Assembly: GCA_963788655.1 (NCBI GenBank)
Contig: CAWBHS010000009.1
Span: 42,115-106,114 of the forward strand
Length of the DNA: 64,000 nucleotides
Reading direction: 5' to 3'
Source: an uncultured Verrucomicrobiae bacterium
Lineage (GTDB): Bacteria; Verrucomicrobiota; Verrucomicrobiia; Limisphaerales; JAFGQR01
Position numbers and translations under genes: made by a program. Shown here in pieces: positions 35,590 through 45,938 of the stretch. Below the pieces are notes generated by a model, which saw only the letters and a list, made by a program, of their open reading frames with translations, did not search any database and was not told where the DNA came from. Numbering within the stretch: position 1 is the stretch's first letter; each line of letters starts with the position of its first letter.

Positions 35590-38500
35590 TCACTTGTCTT
35601 TGCCCAACTTTTCGTAATAACGGCGCACCAGTTCGGAGTAACGGGTCGGTACCGGGTCGCGGTCGATGGGCACCAGTGACTCTTTGGATTCGCGCCGGGC
35701 CAGTTCTTCGGTCAGACGCTGACGCACTTCGACGAGGGGCTTCACCACTTGCAGCCGCACCACCGCCCAATCGGGCTTCTGCTGGCCACGCTTGAACTCC
35801 TGGCGCGTCAGGCGGGCCCGTTCGCGGGCGGTGGCCACCTGGCTGCGCAACTCCGGTTGGTCGAGCATCTCTTCGACGTTGCGCAACCGGTCGGACCATG
35901 GGCCGAAGTTGTTCCCCGTGATCGGGCCGTTGCGCCGGGTGAAGTTCTCATTGAGCCAATCCTCCACGCCATTGCGCAGCCAGCCGCCCACGTTGCCATT
36001 ATTGGCGCCGCGGTTCGCGCCTGCGGAAGCCGCGCCGAGGCGGTTTCGTTGTCCGGCATTGCGTGAGCCCGCCCGATTTCCCTCGCGTTCCGAAGGCGTT
36101 GATTGATCGGCGCGCGCTTGTTCACTGCCGGGTTGTTGAGCCGACGGGTTGGACGGATTGGACCGATCCGACGGGTTGGACACTGACCCGCCAGGCCGTT
36201 GCCCGTTCCCCTGAGCCTGCGAATTCTGGTTTTGCTGATCTGACGGCGAAGCCTGCGAAGAAGCCTGTTCGCCCTGGCGTTGCCGGGAACCATTGCCTTG
36301 CGGCGAACCGTTCTGTTGCTGGAAACCCTCGCGTTGCGCTTGGGCATTTTGGTTGGCTTGTTGGCCGTCAGCTTCATTCGGCGACTGCTGATTCTGACTC
36401 CTTGCAGAATTCTGTCGATCTTGGCGATTGGCGCGCGCGCTACGAGCGGCGGAAGCAAGTTCATTCGTTCCGCCGGCGCCGGCAAGCTCGTTGGTCTGGG
36501 CTTGTGCCATCTCCCGGTTGAGTTGCTGAACCAGGTCGTTGATCTCCTGGCGGGCCAGACGCAAGGCTTCGGTTTCATCACCGAGCACACTTTCGGCGGC
36601 GCGCTCGACGCCTTGTTTCAATTGCCCAATTCCCGCGCGGGCGCGTTGCTCCGTTTGGCCGGCTTGCGGGAGATAGCCCTGCCGCAACATCTCGGCGGTC
36701 CAGTCGAGCGCCTTGGCGGAATCGTCCTGCTGGCTCTGCTGGAGGCGATCGTAAAGCGAGCGCGTCAGCAAACGCTCACGCAACAGTTCGTCCTGCAAAT
36801 CCCGCGGCGTCCGGGCGTCTTCCTGATTGAACTTGCGGATCGTGTCATAGAGTTGCTTGGACAACAGCGGCTCGGTGGTTTCGGCCTGCTGCGAAACTTG
36901 CGTGGCCTGGTCGAGCAAATTGGTCAGGCGTTGCGTTTGTTCGGACAGTTGGTTGAGCAACGCTTCGCGCTCCCGGGAATCGCTGAGCCGTTGCTGCCGG
37001 CTGTCCGCCAAGTTATCCAGGTTGTTGCTGACCTGCTCCTGTTGCTGCGCCAACTGGCGGGCGTCATTGCGCATCTGGCGCATGTCCTCTGCGAACTGGC
37101 TGGCGCTTTGTTGGCGCATCTCGTCGCGCGTATCCTGCAACTGCCGTTGCGCCCGCGTGCCGGCCGCCAGCGCCTGCGACACCGACTCGCGCTCGGCGGC
37201 CTCGGCGGCCCGCTGGATGTCGTTCCGGGCCTGGTCCAGTTGCTGGCGTTGTTCGCTCATCCGCGATTGGTTTTCCGGGCGGGACATGCGTTGCTGGAGT
37301 TCGTCCACGTCCGCCAACATTTGCTGTTCCTGCTCGCGCAACCGTTTCAAGCGACGCTGGATGTCCTCGCGTTCCTGATCGCTCTTGGCTTCCTGGAGAG
37401 CGGTCTGCAATTCCTTGAGCCGCTCGTTGAGATCGTCCTGCCGCCGCGCCAATTCCTGCAACCGGTTGATCACCTGCAATTGCTCGCGGCGCTCGGCACT
37501 TTGCGGCGGCTGCGCCTGAGCCTCGCGCTGGGTTTCGTAACGGTTTTCCTGCTCGGTCAAATCCATCTGGTTGAGCTGCTGCTGGCGGGCTTGCTGGCTG
37601 CTGCTCTGACTGCGGCTCTGGCTGTTGCGGCTGCGGACCACTTCATGTTCGCGCGCTTGTAATTTCAGCAGCGCCTGGTAGGCGGATTGTTCGGAGGCCA
37701 GGGCCTGGGGCAAGGACGCCGGCGAATTGGTGGCGGCGGTTAAATGGTTCAGCGCCTGGTCCATTTCGTGAGTAACAGCGGTCCAGAGCGCCTGGGAACT
37801 GGGATCGGGCGTGCGTTGCTGTTGCGCGTTGGCTTGTTCGAGCGCCTGGGCTTGGGCGTCGCGCACGACGGGCGCGTCCTTGCGGTATTGCGGCGTGACG
37901 GTTGATTCCGGCCGGCGTTGCAGCTTCCAAGTGGCGTTGATGACCTGCTTTTGCAGTTCCGCCAGCCGCGCCGTTTGACTGCCCCCCTGTTGCGATTGCT
38001 CGCCGGACTGGCTCTGGGATTGTTGGTCCGCCTGGTTTTGCTGGCCCTGGCGATAGATTTCGTCGAAGGGCCGGACTTCGCCGAAGAACATGTCGCTCAT
38101 GGTCCGGCGGATTTGTCCGTCCGGGCCAATGTCATCGGCCCAGGTGAACCAGGAGATCAATTGGTCCGGCTGCGACGGCCAGGTCTTCGAGTCGCAAGAG
38201 ATAATTGAAGGTGCGCTTTTCCTTGCCGGGAACCGGTTGGCCCAGTTCGATGAATTTCGTTTCTTGGCCGGCCATCGTGTAGGCCAGGCCGTATTTCTGC
38301 ACGCCGAAATCATCCCAGACCGTGCCGGAGAAATTGATTTCCTCGAGCGGCGATGGCCGCCAGTCGCCACGCGGCGAGGCGAGCTTCAATTCCGGCGTGC
38401 GATTCTTCAGCACGTCGATGACAAATTGCGCGGGTACCTTGTTGGTGCGGCCTTCAGCGTCCACCAGTTGGAGTTGGTACGTCTGGCTGGTTTGCAGCGG

Positions 38501-39526
38501 GAATTGATTCAGTTGCGCCATGGCGCGATTGGGGGCCACGGCGAGCGGCAACACCGATTTGTCTTTGGCCACGAGTTGGGCCGAAGCGACGGGCTTGTTG
38601 AGTTGCAGGGCCAAATCCAGTCGCGTGCCCTCAACAGCACTGAGTCGGCGCGTGTTCTCGATGCGTTTTTTGGCCAGGCCAGTGTAATCCGGGTATTGCA
38701 GTTCGGCATCAGCGCGTTCGAGGCGGGGATATTCAAAAACGGTCACTTTGAAATCCGGCGTGCGCTGGCCGGTGTATTCGACGTGATACACAAAATCTTC
38801 CGCAACCTCCGGCACGTTCCCGCCAAACACCGGATCGGCCAGCGTTTTGACCAGCGGTTGACGACGACTGCTTTCCGGCGTTTGGCCGATGACCAGGTCC
38901 ACGTCCGCGGGGACGGGTCCGGTGAACCGGGCCAGGACCACCAGGCTGTTACCGCGTTCGATGGTGGTGTCGCCGGGAGTCACGGAGACGCTGCTGGTTG
39001 GCACCACTGCCGGCGGGGGAATATTTGCCTTCGACACGCGCAAGCCGAAGAGCGCCGTGACGAAAAAAGCTAAGGCCACCCAATGCGCCGCCTGCGCCCA
39101 GAAAAGTCGCGAAGTCGGCACGGCAGCGGTCCACTTCCTCTGCTGGCTGTGCTCGATGGCTTCCTGCAATACCCGATGCTGGAGATAATTGAGTTCCTGT
39201 TGATCATTGGTCTGCTGTTCGACCGCCGTCAGCAGCAACGCGTGCAGTTCGGGGTGTCGCTGCTCGATCTGCCGAGCCAGTCCGCGCACGTTCGGAGCAA
39301 CACGACGACAGCGCACCGCAATGGCCAAAGCCGCAATCATGCCGGCGATAGCCAAAATCGGCAGCGTATTGGGCGAAGTCCAGCCAGTGGATCGCTGGAG
39401 GAGGACGAAGCCCAGGCCCACAGTGGCCGCAATGATCCACCATAACGCGAGGCGGCGCCAAAGTTGCAGGGTCTGGTGGCGGCGGGCCACCGGTTCGAGT
39501 TGGGATTTGAGCAGCGGGTCGATCAT
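35590..39526 (-). CDS. Large membrane-anchored coiled-coil protein (DUF4175-like) of the MoxR operon, frameshift near 38175
   Basis: TM helices, DDFGV, EVRPFDEIYRQ, Q-rich coils, end DPVPTRYSELVRRYYEKL; ATG 39526 forms an ATGA overlap. Confidence 0.85.
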
Positions 39527-41642
39527 GATGTCACTTCTGCTACGGTTGCCGGCCGGCGGGCGAGCCAGCCAGCCAACCAGGATTCCACGAACAACACCAC
39601 TATAGCCGCAACGATCAGCCAGCGCCACAGCTTCTGATGGTTCTCCAACTCGGCGTTGAGCAGGTGCGTTTTCCGCTTGGCTGCTCGCACGGCCGCAGTC
39701 GGCGTTTGATGTTCCATTGGCACGCCCAACCGTTCCAGTTCATCGAAGGGCAGGGGAGCAGTGCGGCTTTCGGCAGCGTCGAGGTTCACGGCAAATTGTA
39801 CGGGGGGTTGCACCGACGTGATGGTGTAAATGCCGGGCAGTGCGTCTGCGAAAAGTCGGATTCGTTGGAACTCAGTTGCGCCGTCGAACCATCGGGCAGA
39901 CGAACGGTCCAGCCGGCATTCGTCGAATTGGCCAACGAGCGCAGCGGGATCACGTCGCCCACAAAAAACTGCGGGCGGCGGCGGCGGCGTGCCGCCGCTC
40001 AATTCGAGCAGCGAATAGAGCAGCGGAACGAATTTCGAACTGAGCGCCAATTGGCTTTCGGCCGGCGGCCAGCCCGAGGCCAGCACGAGCAACCGGCCTT
40101 TGCCGACCGGCACTTCGAACAACGCTGCATCGCCGGTATCGAATTTCGCCAGTACCCGCGCATCCGGAATCGCATGCCGCATCTACGCGGCGGTATTTCC
40201 AGAAATGAATCTTGGTGAAATCGCTGTAGCGCGGATCGGCGAACGGGGTCGAGCAGCGGATGTTTGAAATCAATCTCCGCCAACATCGCGTAATTCTTTA
40301 CGGTAGCTTCCTCGACGGGAATACGATCCACTTCCAGTATCCTTGCCAGGGCGGGCGCGCAGTTGGTGCCGGTGACGGAGAACAAAACCGTTTTGCCTTC
40401 GACCATCAAACGGCGCAGCACCCCGGCTTGCGTTTCTGGCAACGGCGCGGTGGCGATCACCAGAGCTACGTTCTCCAACTCGGAAGGCTGAATTGGGTCG
40501 TCGGGTTTGTGCGCGAGGACTTCCACCGCTTGCCGGCGGGTTTCCTGAAAGGCGCGTTGCAGGAAGTAGAGCGGTTGCTTGGTATCTTCGGACGAGTCCG
40601 TTCCTAAATACAGAACCCGGTTCTGCGCGGGTTTCGGCGGGATGACGAACACGGTGTTGTCAAAATCCTCGGTGTCGCCGCGCAGCAGCAGTCGGTTCGG
40701 TGTCGAATTAGTCGGTGGTTCGGGAGCGGGCGTGACGCGCGTTTGGCCGGGCGGCACATAAACATCCACGGCGGCGCCGGCGAAGGTTTTGCCGTCGGCG
40801 CCCGCCCAGCCGATTTGGAATTGTTCGCGGTGCGAATCCGACGCGTTGCTCACCCGCACGCGCAAGGTGGGCTTGGGAGACTTGGGATCGGCCTCGTCAG
40901 CTTCAGGGCGCAACTGGAGACCGGCATTGACCGATTGTTTGACTTTGACCGATTCGAGTGTCAGTTCGACATCGCGCGGCCACTCGTAAGCTTGTAAGGG
41001 CCCAAGCCGGCTGCCGGATTGGAGGTCGCTAATCAAGACGATTTGGCGCGGGCCAAAGGTGGGTTTGTCATCGGCTTCCTCCAGGGCTTCGGCGGCGGTG
41101 ATCAGCGCCTGGCCCATCTGCGTGTCGGACCAATCCGGGGACGCCTCGGACAACCGCCCCACCGCCAGGCCGACCCGGTCTCCGACGGACGCGGCATTCC
41201 ATTGGGCGAAGGTGACCAGCCGATTGACCCGCTGGCCGAACGTAAACACCGCCACCTGGTCGCCCGGCTTGGTTTGACGCAAAATGGTTTCGGCTTTTGC
41301 CCGGGCGTCGGGCCAGAGGTTTCCGCGTCGCATGCTGGCGCTGTTGTCCACCAGCAGGACCATACGTTTGGCCGTGTTATTTGAAGCGGGATTGCTGGCG
41401 CCGGTTTTGATGAAGGGCCGCGCAAAACCGAAGGCCAGCAGCGCCAGCACGGCGCAACGCAGCAACAGCAGGAGAATGTGTTCAAGCCGGCTGCGCCGGG
41501 TGAGCCGCGGCGGACTGGGCAGTAGAAACATGAGCGAGCTGAACGCCGTGCGGTTCCGCGTGGTGCGCCGAATTAGGTGGAACACCACCGGCAGCGCGAT
41601 GGCCAATCCACCCAGCAGGAACAATGGCGCAAGAAAACTCAT
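39523..41642 (-). CDS. BatA N-terminal / VWA domain protein, frameshifted around 39850-40260
   Basis: MSFLAPLFLLGGLAIALPVVFHLI...FSSLMFL; LVDNSASM MIDAS motif; LISDLQ; C terminus LWRWLIVAAIVVLFVESWLA. Confidence 0.9.
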
Positions 41643-42592
41643 GCGGACACCTGGCGTTTGAAGCGTTTCACTTTGCGGCTCCGGTGCATGCGTTCGCGCA
41701 GGAAATCGAACAGCGCCAGTTCGAGCGGTTGGTTGGTGGCAACCCGATAATAGCCGGCGCCGAGTTTCTGGCAGGCGGCGCGAATGGCGTCGCAGTGCGC
41801 GTCGAGTTTGCGCAGATACGTTTTGCGGGTGCTGCCGGGATCAATGAAGAAATCGCGACCGGATTCCAAGTCGTAAAACATCGCGGCCTGGTCGAAGTCA
41901 AACGAAACCTCCGCCGGATCGAGCAGGTGAAAGAGCAGTACCTCGTGACCGCAAGCGGTGAGACCCAGGAGTTGTTTTTCGAGGTTTTCAATCGGCGCCA
42001 ACAGGTCGGAAATCAGCACCATCAGGCCACGCTTGCGCACGATTTCCACGATCCGTTGCAGCGGCGCGGCGAGATCCGTCGCCCGACCCCCAGCGGTCTT
42101 TTCCAAGGCCAACATCAAGTGCCGCAAATGGCCGGTGCGGTGGCGCGCGGGCAGGTAATCGCGGATTTGTTCGTCAAAGGTGAGCAGGCCGACGGCGTCG
42201 CCTTGCAGGTAAAGAAAGTAAGCCAGTGTTGCCGCCAGCGTGTTCGCGTATTGCGCCTTGGTGTAACCGGTCGAGCCATAAGTCATCGAGCGGCTGTTGT
42301 CGGCGAGCAGGTGACAGCGCAGATTGGTTTCGTCTTCGAACTTCTTGATGAAGTAACGGTCGCTGCGGGCAAAGAGCCGCCAGTCAAGATAACGGGGATC
42401 GTCGCCGGGCGTGTATTGGCGGTATTCGGTGAACTCGACCGAAAACCCGTGATACGGGCTGCGATGGATGCCGCTCCAAAAGCCTTCGACAACCACCCGC
42501 GCGCGCAACTCGAGGTTGCGGATGCTCATCAGCGTCTGCGGATCGATGAGCGCGGACTTGGCGTGCGAAGGATGGGGCGGAGCCATCGTCAT
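41639..42592 (-). CDS. DUF58 domain protein
   Basis: GIHRSPYHGFSVEFTEYRQYTPGDDPRYLDWR, KKFEDETNL, DNSRSM. Confidence 0.95.
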   Translation of the reverse strand: MTMAPPHPSHAKSALIDPQTLMSIRNLELRARVVVEGFWSGIHRSPYHGFSVEFTEYRQYTPGDDPRYLDWRLFARSDRYFIKKFEDETNLRCHLLADNSRSMTYGSTGYTKAQYANTLAATLAYFLYLQGDAVGLLTFDEQIRDYLPARHRTGHLRHLMLALEKTAGGRATDLAAPLQRIVEIVRKRGLMVLISDLLAPIENLEKQLLGLTACGHEVLLFHLLDPAEVSFDFDQAAMFYDLESGRDFFIDPGSTRKTYLRKLDAHCDAIRAACQKLGAGYYRVATNQPLELALFDFLRERMHRSRKVKRFKRQVSA

Positions 42593-43637
42593 GAGGCGAG
42601 CGGAGTCTTGACGGTTTCCAATAATCGTTTGGTAACGGTTTCGACGGTCACGCCTTCCGCCTCGGCCCGGTAATTGAGCAGGATGCGGTGACGTAACGCC
42701 GGGTAGGCCAGTGCCTGAATGTCTTCCAACGTCACGTGCGCCCGGCCGTGGAACAACGCTCGCGCCTTGCCCGCCAGCACCAGGAATTGTCCGGCGCGGG
42801 TGCCGGCGCCCCAACTGACCCATTCGTTGACGAAGTCCGGCGTGCCTGCTTGCTGCGGTCGCGAGGCGGCGGCCAACCGCACGGCGTAGCGCACGACCTC
42901 CTCGGCCACGGGCACCTTGCGCACCAGTTCGTGAAACTTCAGCACGTCCTCGCCGGTGAACAGCGGTTCAATCGGCGCGGCGGGTCGAGCGGTGGTTTGC
43001 ACGCACCACGGCCACTTCGTCGTCCTCGGGCAGATAATCGATCACCACGTTGAACATGAACCGATCCAGTTGGGCTTCCGGCAACGGATAGGTGCCTTCC
43101 ATCTCGATGGGGTTCTGGGTGGCGAGGACAAAGAATGGTTCTTCGAGCGGATGGCGCACGCCGGCAGCGGTCACCTGATGTTCCTGCATGGCTTCCAGCA
43201 AGGCGGCCTGCGTCTTGGGCGGCGTGCGGTTGATTTCGTCGGCCAGAATCATGTTGGCGAATACCGGGCCGGGAATGAAGGCCATCTTCCGGTCCGCCGC
43301 CGGTTTCCTGAAGAATCTCAGTGCCGGTGATGTCCGCCGGCATGAGGTCGGGCGTGAACTGGATGCGCTGGAACTTCAGATGGAATATGCGCGCGATGGA
43401 TTTCACGAGCAGCGTCTTGGCCAGGCCCGGCGCGCCGGTGATCAGGCAATGGCCGCCCGCCAACAAGGCGATGAGGATTTGCTCGATCACGTCCCGCTGG
43501 CCAACGATGACCTTGGCCAGTTCGGCTTCGATGCGCGCGCGGCCGGCGTTGAGTTGTTCGACGGTTGCGCGGTCGGCGGCGTGGGCGGTGGAAACTGTTT
43601 TTTCCGCAACAGGATTATCAGGGGTGGTAAAGCTCAT
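42589..43637 (-). CDS. moxR: MoxR-family AAA+ ATPase, frameshifts near 43300 and 43000
   Basis: GAPGLAKT Walker [62 protein letters not shown]. Confidence 0.95.
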
Positions 43638-43642
43638 GGTGA

Positions 43643-44494
43643 TTAGTGGGTCATGGCGTAAAAGACGACGTTGACGGCAAGCGGGTAGGCAATCTTCTCG
43701 GAGAAGTGCTCGAAGTAATAGTGGTTGTCGCCTTCCCATTCCCAACCGTCGCCGTTGTCGGTGTTGTGGGTGGCGAACACCATGATGCGGCCCTGGTCGT
43801 CGAAGATGGCCCGATGGTGTACTTCGTGGGCGTCGGGGCGTTCCCAGGTGACCCCCGTGTATTCGCTTTCGGTGCCGGTTTGGACGTTCGGGATCTGGCC
43901 TTTGGATTTGATGTCGAAGACGCAGTGGTAAAGCATGTTGGTCAGCGGCAGTTCGACAAAACTGCGGTCGCGAAAGACCTTCTTCATCTGGTTCTCCATA
44001 CTGTCCCATTCGCTTTCGCCCCAGAAGTCGTCGAGCCACAAAAAACCGCCGTTGAGCAGATACTTGCGCAAGGCAGCCGCTTCGTCGTCGTCGAGATAAA
44101 GGCTGCCGGGCTCGACCATGTAAATGAACGGATAGTCGGTCAGATGTTTGTCCGTGAGCCGCAGGAAGCGCCCGTTGGGATCGACTTTCAGGGCGGTCAT
44201 TTGTTGCAAGCGATAGGAGAGATTGAGATCGCTGTCGGGTGCGTCGGTGTCCCAGGGTGCGCCCCGGCTGTAAGGCAGACTATCGCGCTTGATGCGGGCG
44301 AAAGTGAACACGTCCTTTTCGAAGCCGAACAGGTTGGTCCAGTTCGGCGTCTCGTAACCGTGTTGGGGAATGTCGCGCGGGGTTTGGTATTGATCGTTGT
44401 CGCGGTAATAATACCCCCGGCCATAACGGCGTTGGGCGAAGCCGCTGCTGGTGGCGAGCAGGAGGAGGAGAAGAAGTAAAGTGAGCGGTTTCAT
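43643..44494 (-). CDS. DUF4159 domain exported protein
   Basis: [56 protein letters not shown]. Confidence 0.92.
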   Translation of the reverse strand: MKPLTLLLLLLLLATSSGFAQRRYGRGYYYRDNDQYQTPRDIPQHGYETPNWTNLFGFEKDVFTFARIKRDSLPYSRGAPWDTDAPDSDLNLSYRLQQMTALKVDPNGRFLRLTDKHLTDYPFIYMVEPGSLYLDDDEAAALRKYLLNGGFLWLDDFWGESEWDSMENQMKKVFRDRSFVELPLTNMLYHCVFDIKSKGQIPNVQTGTESEYTGVTWERPDAHEVHHRAIFDDQGRIMVFATHNTDNGDGWEWEGDNHYYFEHFSEKIAYPLAVNVVFYAMTH

Positions 44495-44506
44495 ACGTCA
44501 AAACCA

Positions 44507-45883
44507 ATGGCAATCTCCGTCTTTTGTCCGTTCGCACCAAGGCCACACGATGAACTGAATGCGTCCAACATTTCAAACCAGCGGAATGCAATTCTCCCTC
44601 TCCCCCGGGGAGAGGGCCGGGGTGAGGGGGAAGGAACCGCACCGCTACGCATGACGCTTGAAAATTGCCGAGGGCGCTCGCCGTTCAATGCGCACCGGTT
44701 GCGCAGGTCGAACGCGCCGTTCCCCCTCACCCTAACCCTCTCCCTGGGGGAGAGGGAACCGCAGGCGGACGATGCGAGAAGTTTGCAGGAAGCAACTGCA
44801 ATCTCCGTCTTTTGTCCGTTCGCACCAAGGCCGCACGATGAACTGAATGCGTCCAATATTTCAAACCAGCGGAATGCAATTCTCCCTCTCCCCGCAGGAG
44901 AGGGCCGGGGTGAGGGGGAAGAGAACTTCCGACTTGCCGAACACGCCGACTTCGGCAGAATGCCGCCATGACTCCGCCCAAGTTCACGAAGATCGCCCGC
45001 ACTCTTCGTAAGCGCGACACGTGGGCTGAACAACTTCTTTGGAAGTGGCTTCGTGATCGGCGATTCTCCGCATACAAATTCCGCCGACAGCATCCCTATC
45101 CTCCCTACATACTCGATTTCTTTTGTCTGGAAGCCTCGCTCAATATCGAACTCGACGGCGGGCAGCACGGAACGCCGGAAACCAAAAAGCGCGACATGGA
45201 ACGCGATGCTTGGCTGGCGGCTCGTGGAATCAAAGTGCTTCGCTTTTGGAATGGCCGGTTGCGACGTGAAAAAGATGTCGTCCGGGACGCCATTTGGAAC
45301 GCGTTGCAGGAGCGGGCGCCCCAACCCATGCCGGAGTATTGCCGGCCGATGCAGCCAGGAGTGAAACCACGCGGAGTTTAGTGATCGCGCGCTGTTCCCC
45401 CTCACCCTAACCCTCTCCCTGAGGGAGAGGGAACAGCAGTCGAGCGATGCGAGTTGTTCGTAATTACCAGTGGCAATCTCCGCCTTTTGGCCGTTTGAAC
45501 CAAGGCCGCATGATGAACCGAACCTGTCCAGCATCTCAAACCAGCAGAGTGCAATTCTCCCTCTCCCCCAGGGAGAGGGCCGGGGTGAGGGGGAAGGAGG
45601 CGTACGGCTATCCGATGCACTTGAAAATCGCTGAGGGCAATCGTTGTTCAATGCGGACCGGCTGCGCAGGTCGAACGCGCCGTTCCCCCTCGCCCTGACC
45701 CTCTCCCTCAGGGAGAGGGAACAGAAGTCGGATGATGCGAGTCGTTCGTAAAGACTAATTGCATGTCTCGCCCTTTGTCCGTTCGCACCGAGGCCACACG
45801 ATGAACTGAACGCGTTCAACATTTCCAACCAGCGGAGTCCGATTCTCCCTCTCCCCCAGGGAGAGGGCCGGGGTGAGGGGGAA
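44507..45883. repeat. Array of seven alternating CCCTCTCCC-type palindromes with repeated spacers (period about 290 bp) around a DUF559 gene
   Basis: Palindromes at 44595, 44720, 44883, 45395, 45558, 45683 and 45846; spacer GCAATCTCCGTCTTTTGTCCGTTCGCACCAAGGCC...AAACCAGCGGAATGCAATT repeated four times with variation. Confidence 0.95.
44968..45381 (+). CDS. DUF559 (Vsr-like) endonuclease, antisense to the operon
   Basis: ARTLRKRDTWAEQLLWKWLR, KFRRQHP, YILDFFC, IELDGGQH, DMERDAWL, VLRFWN. Confidence 0.93.
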   Translation: MTPPKFTKIARTLRKRDTWAEQLLWKWLRDRRFSAYKFRRQHPYPPYILDFFCLEASLNIELDGGQHGTPETKKRDMERDAWLAARGIKVLRFWNGRLRREKDVVRDAIWNALQERAPQPMPEYCRPMQPGVKPRGV

Positions 45884-45938
45884 GGAGACGCCTGCCCACC
45901 AGTGATAGGCACTTCACTCCGACCTGTGTGAACGGCGC

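Noticed and set aside
44507..45883. CRISPR array with adjacent nuclease
   Set aside because: Repeats alternate in orientation and spacers are themselves repeated.
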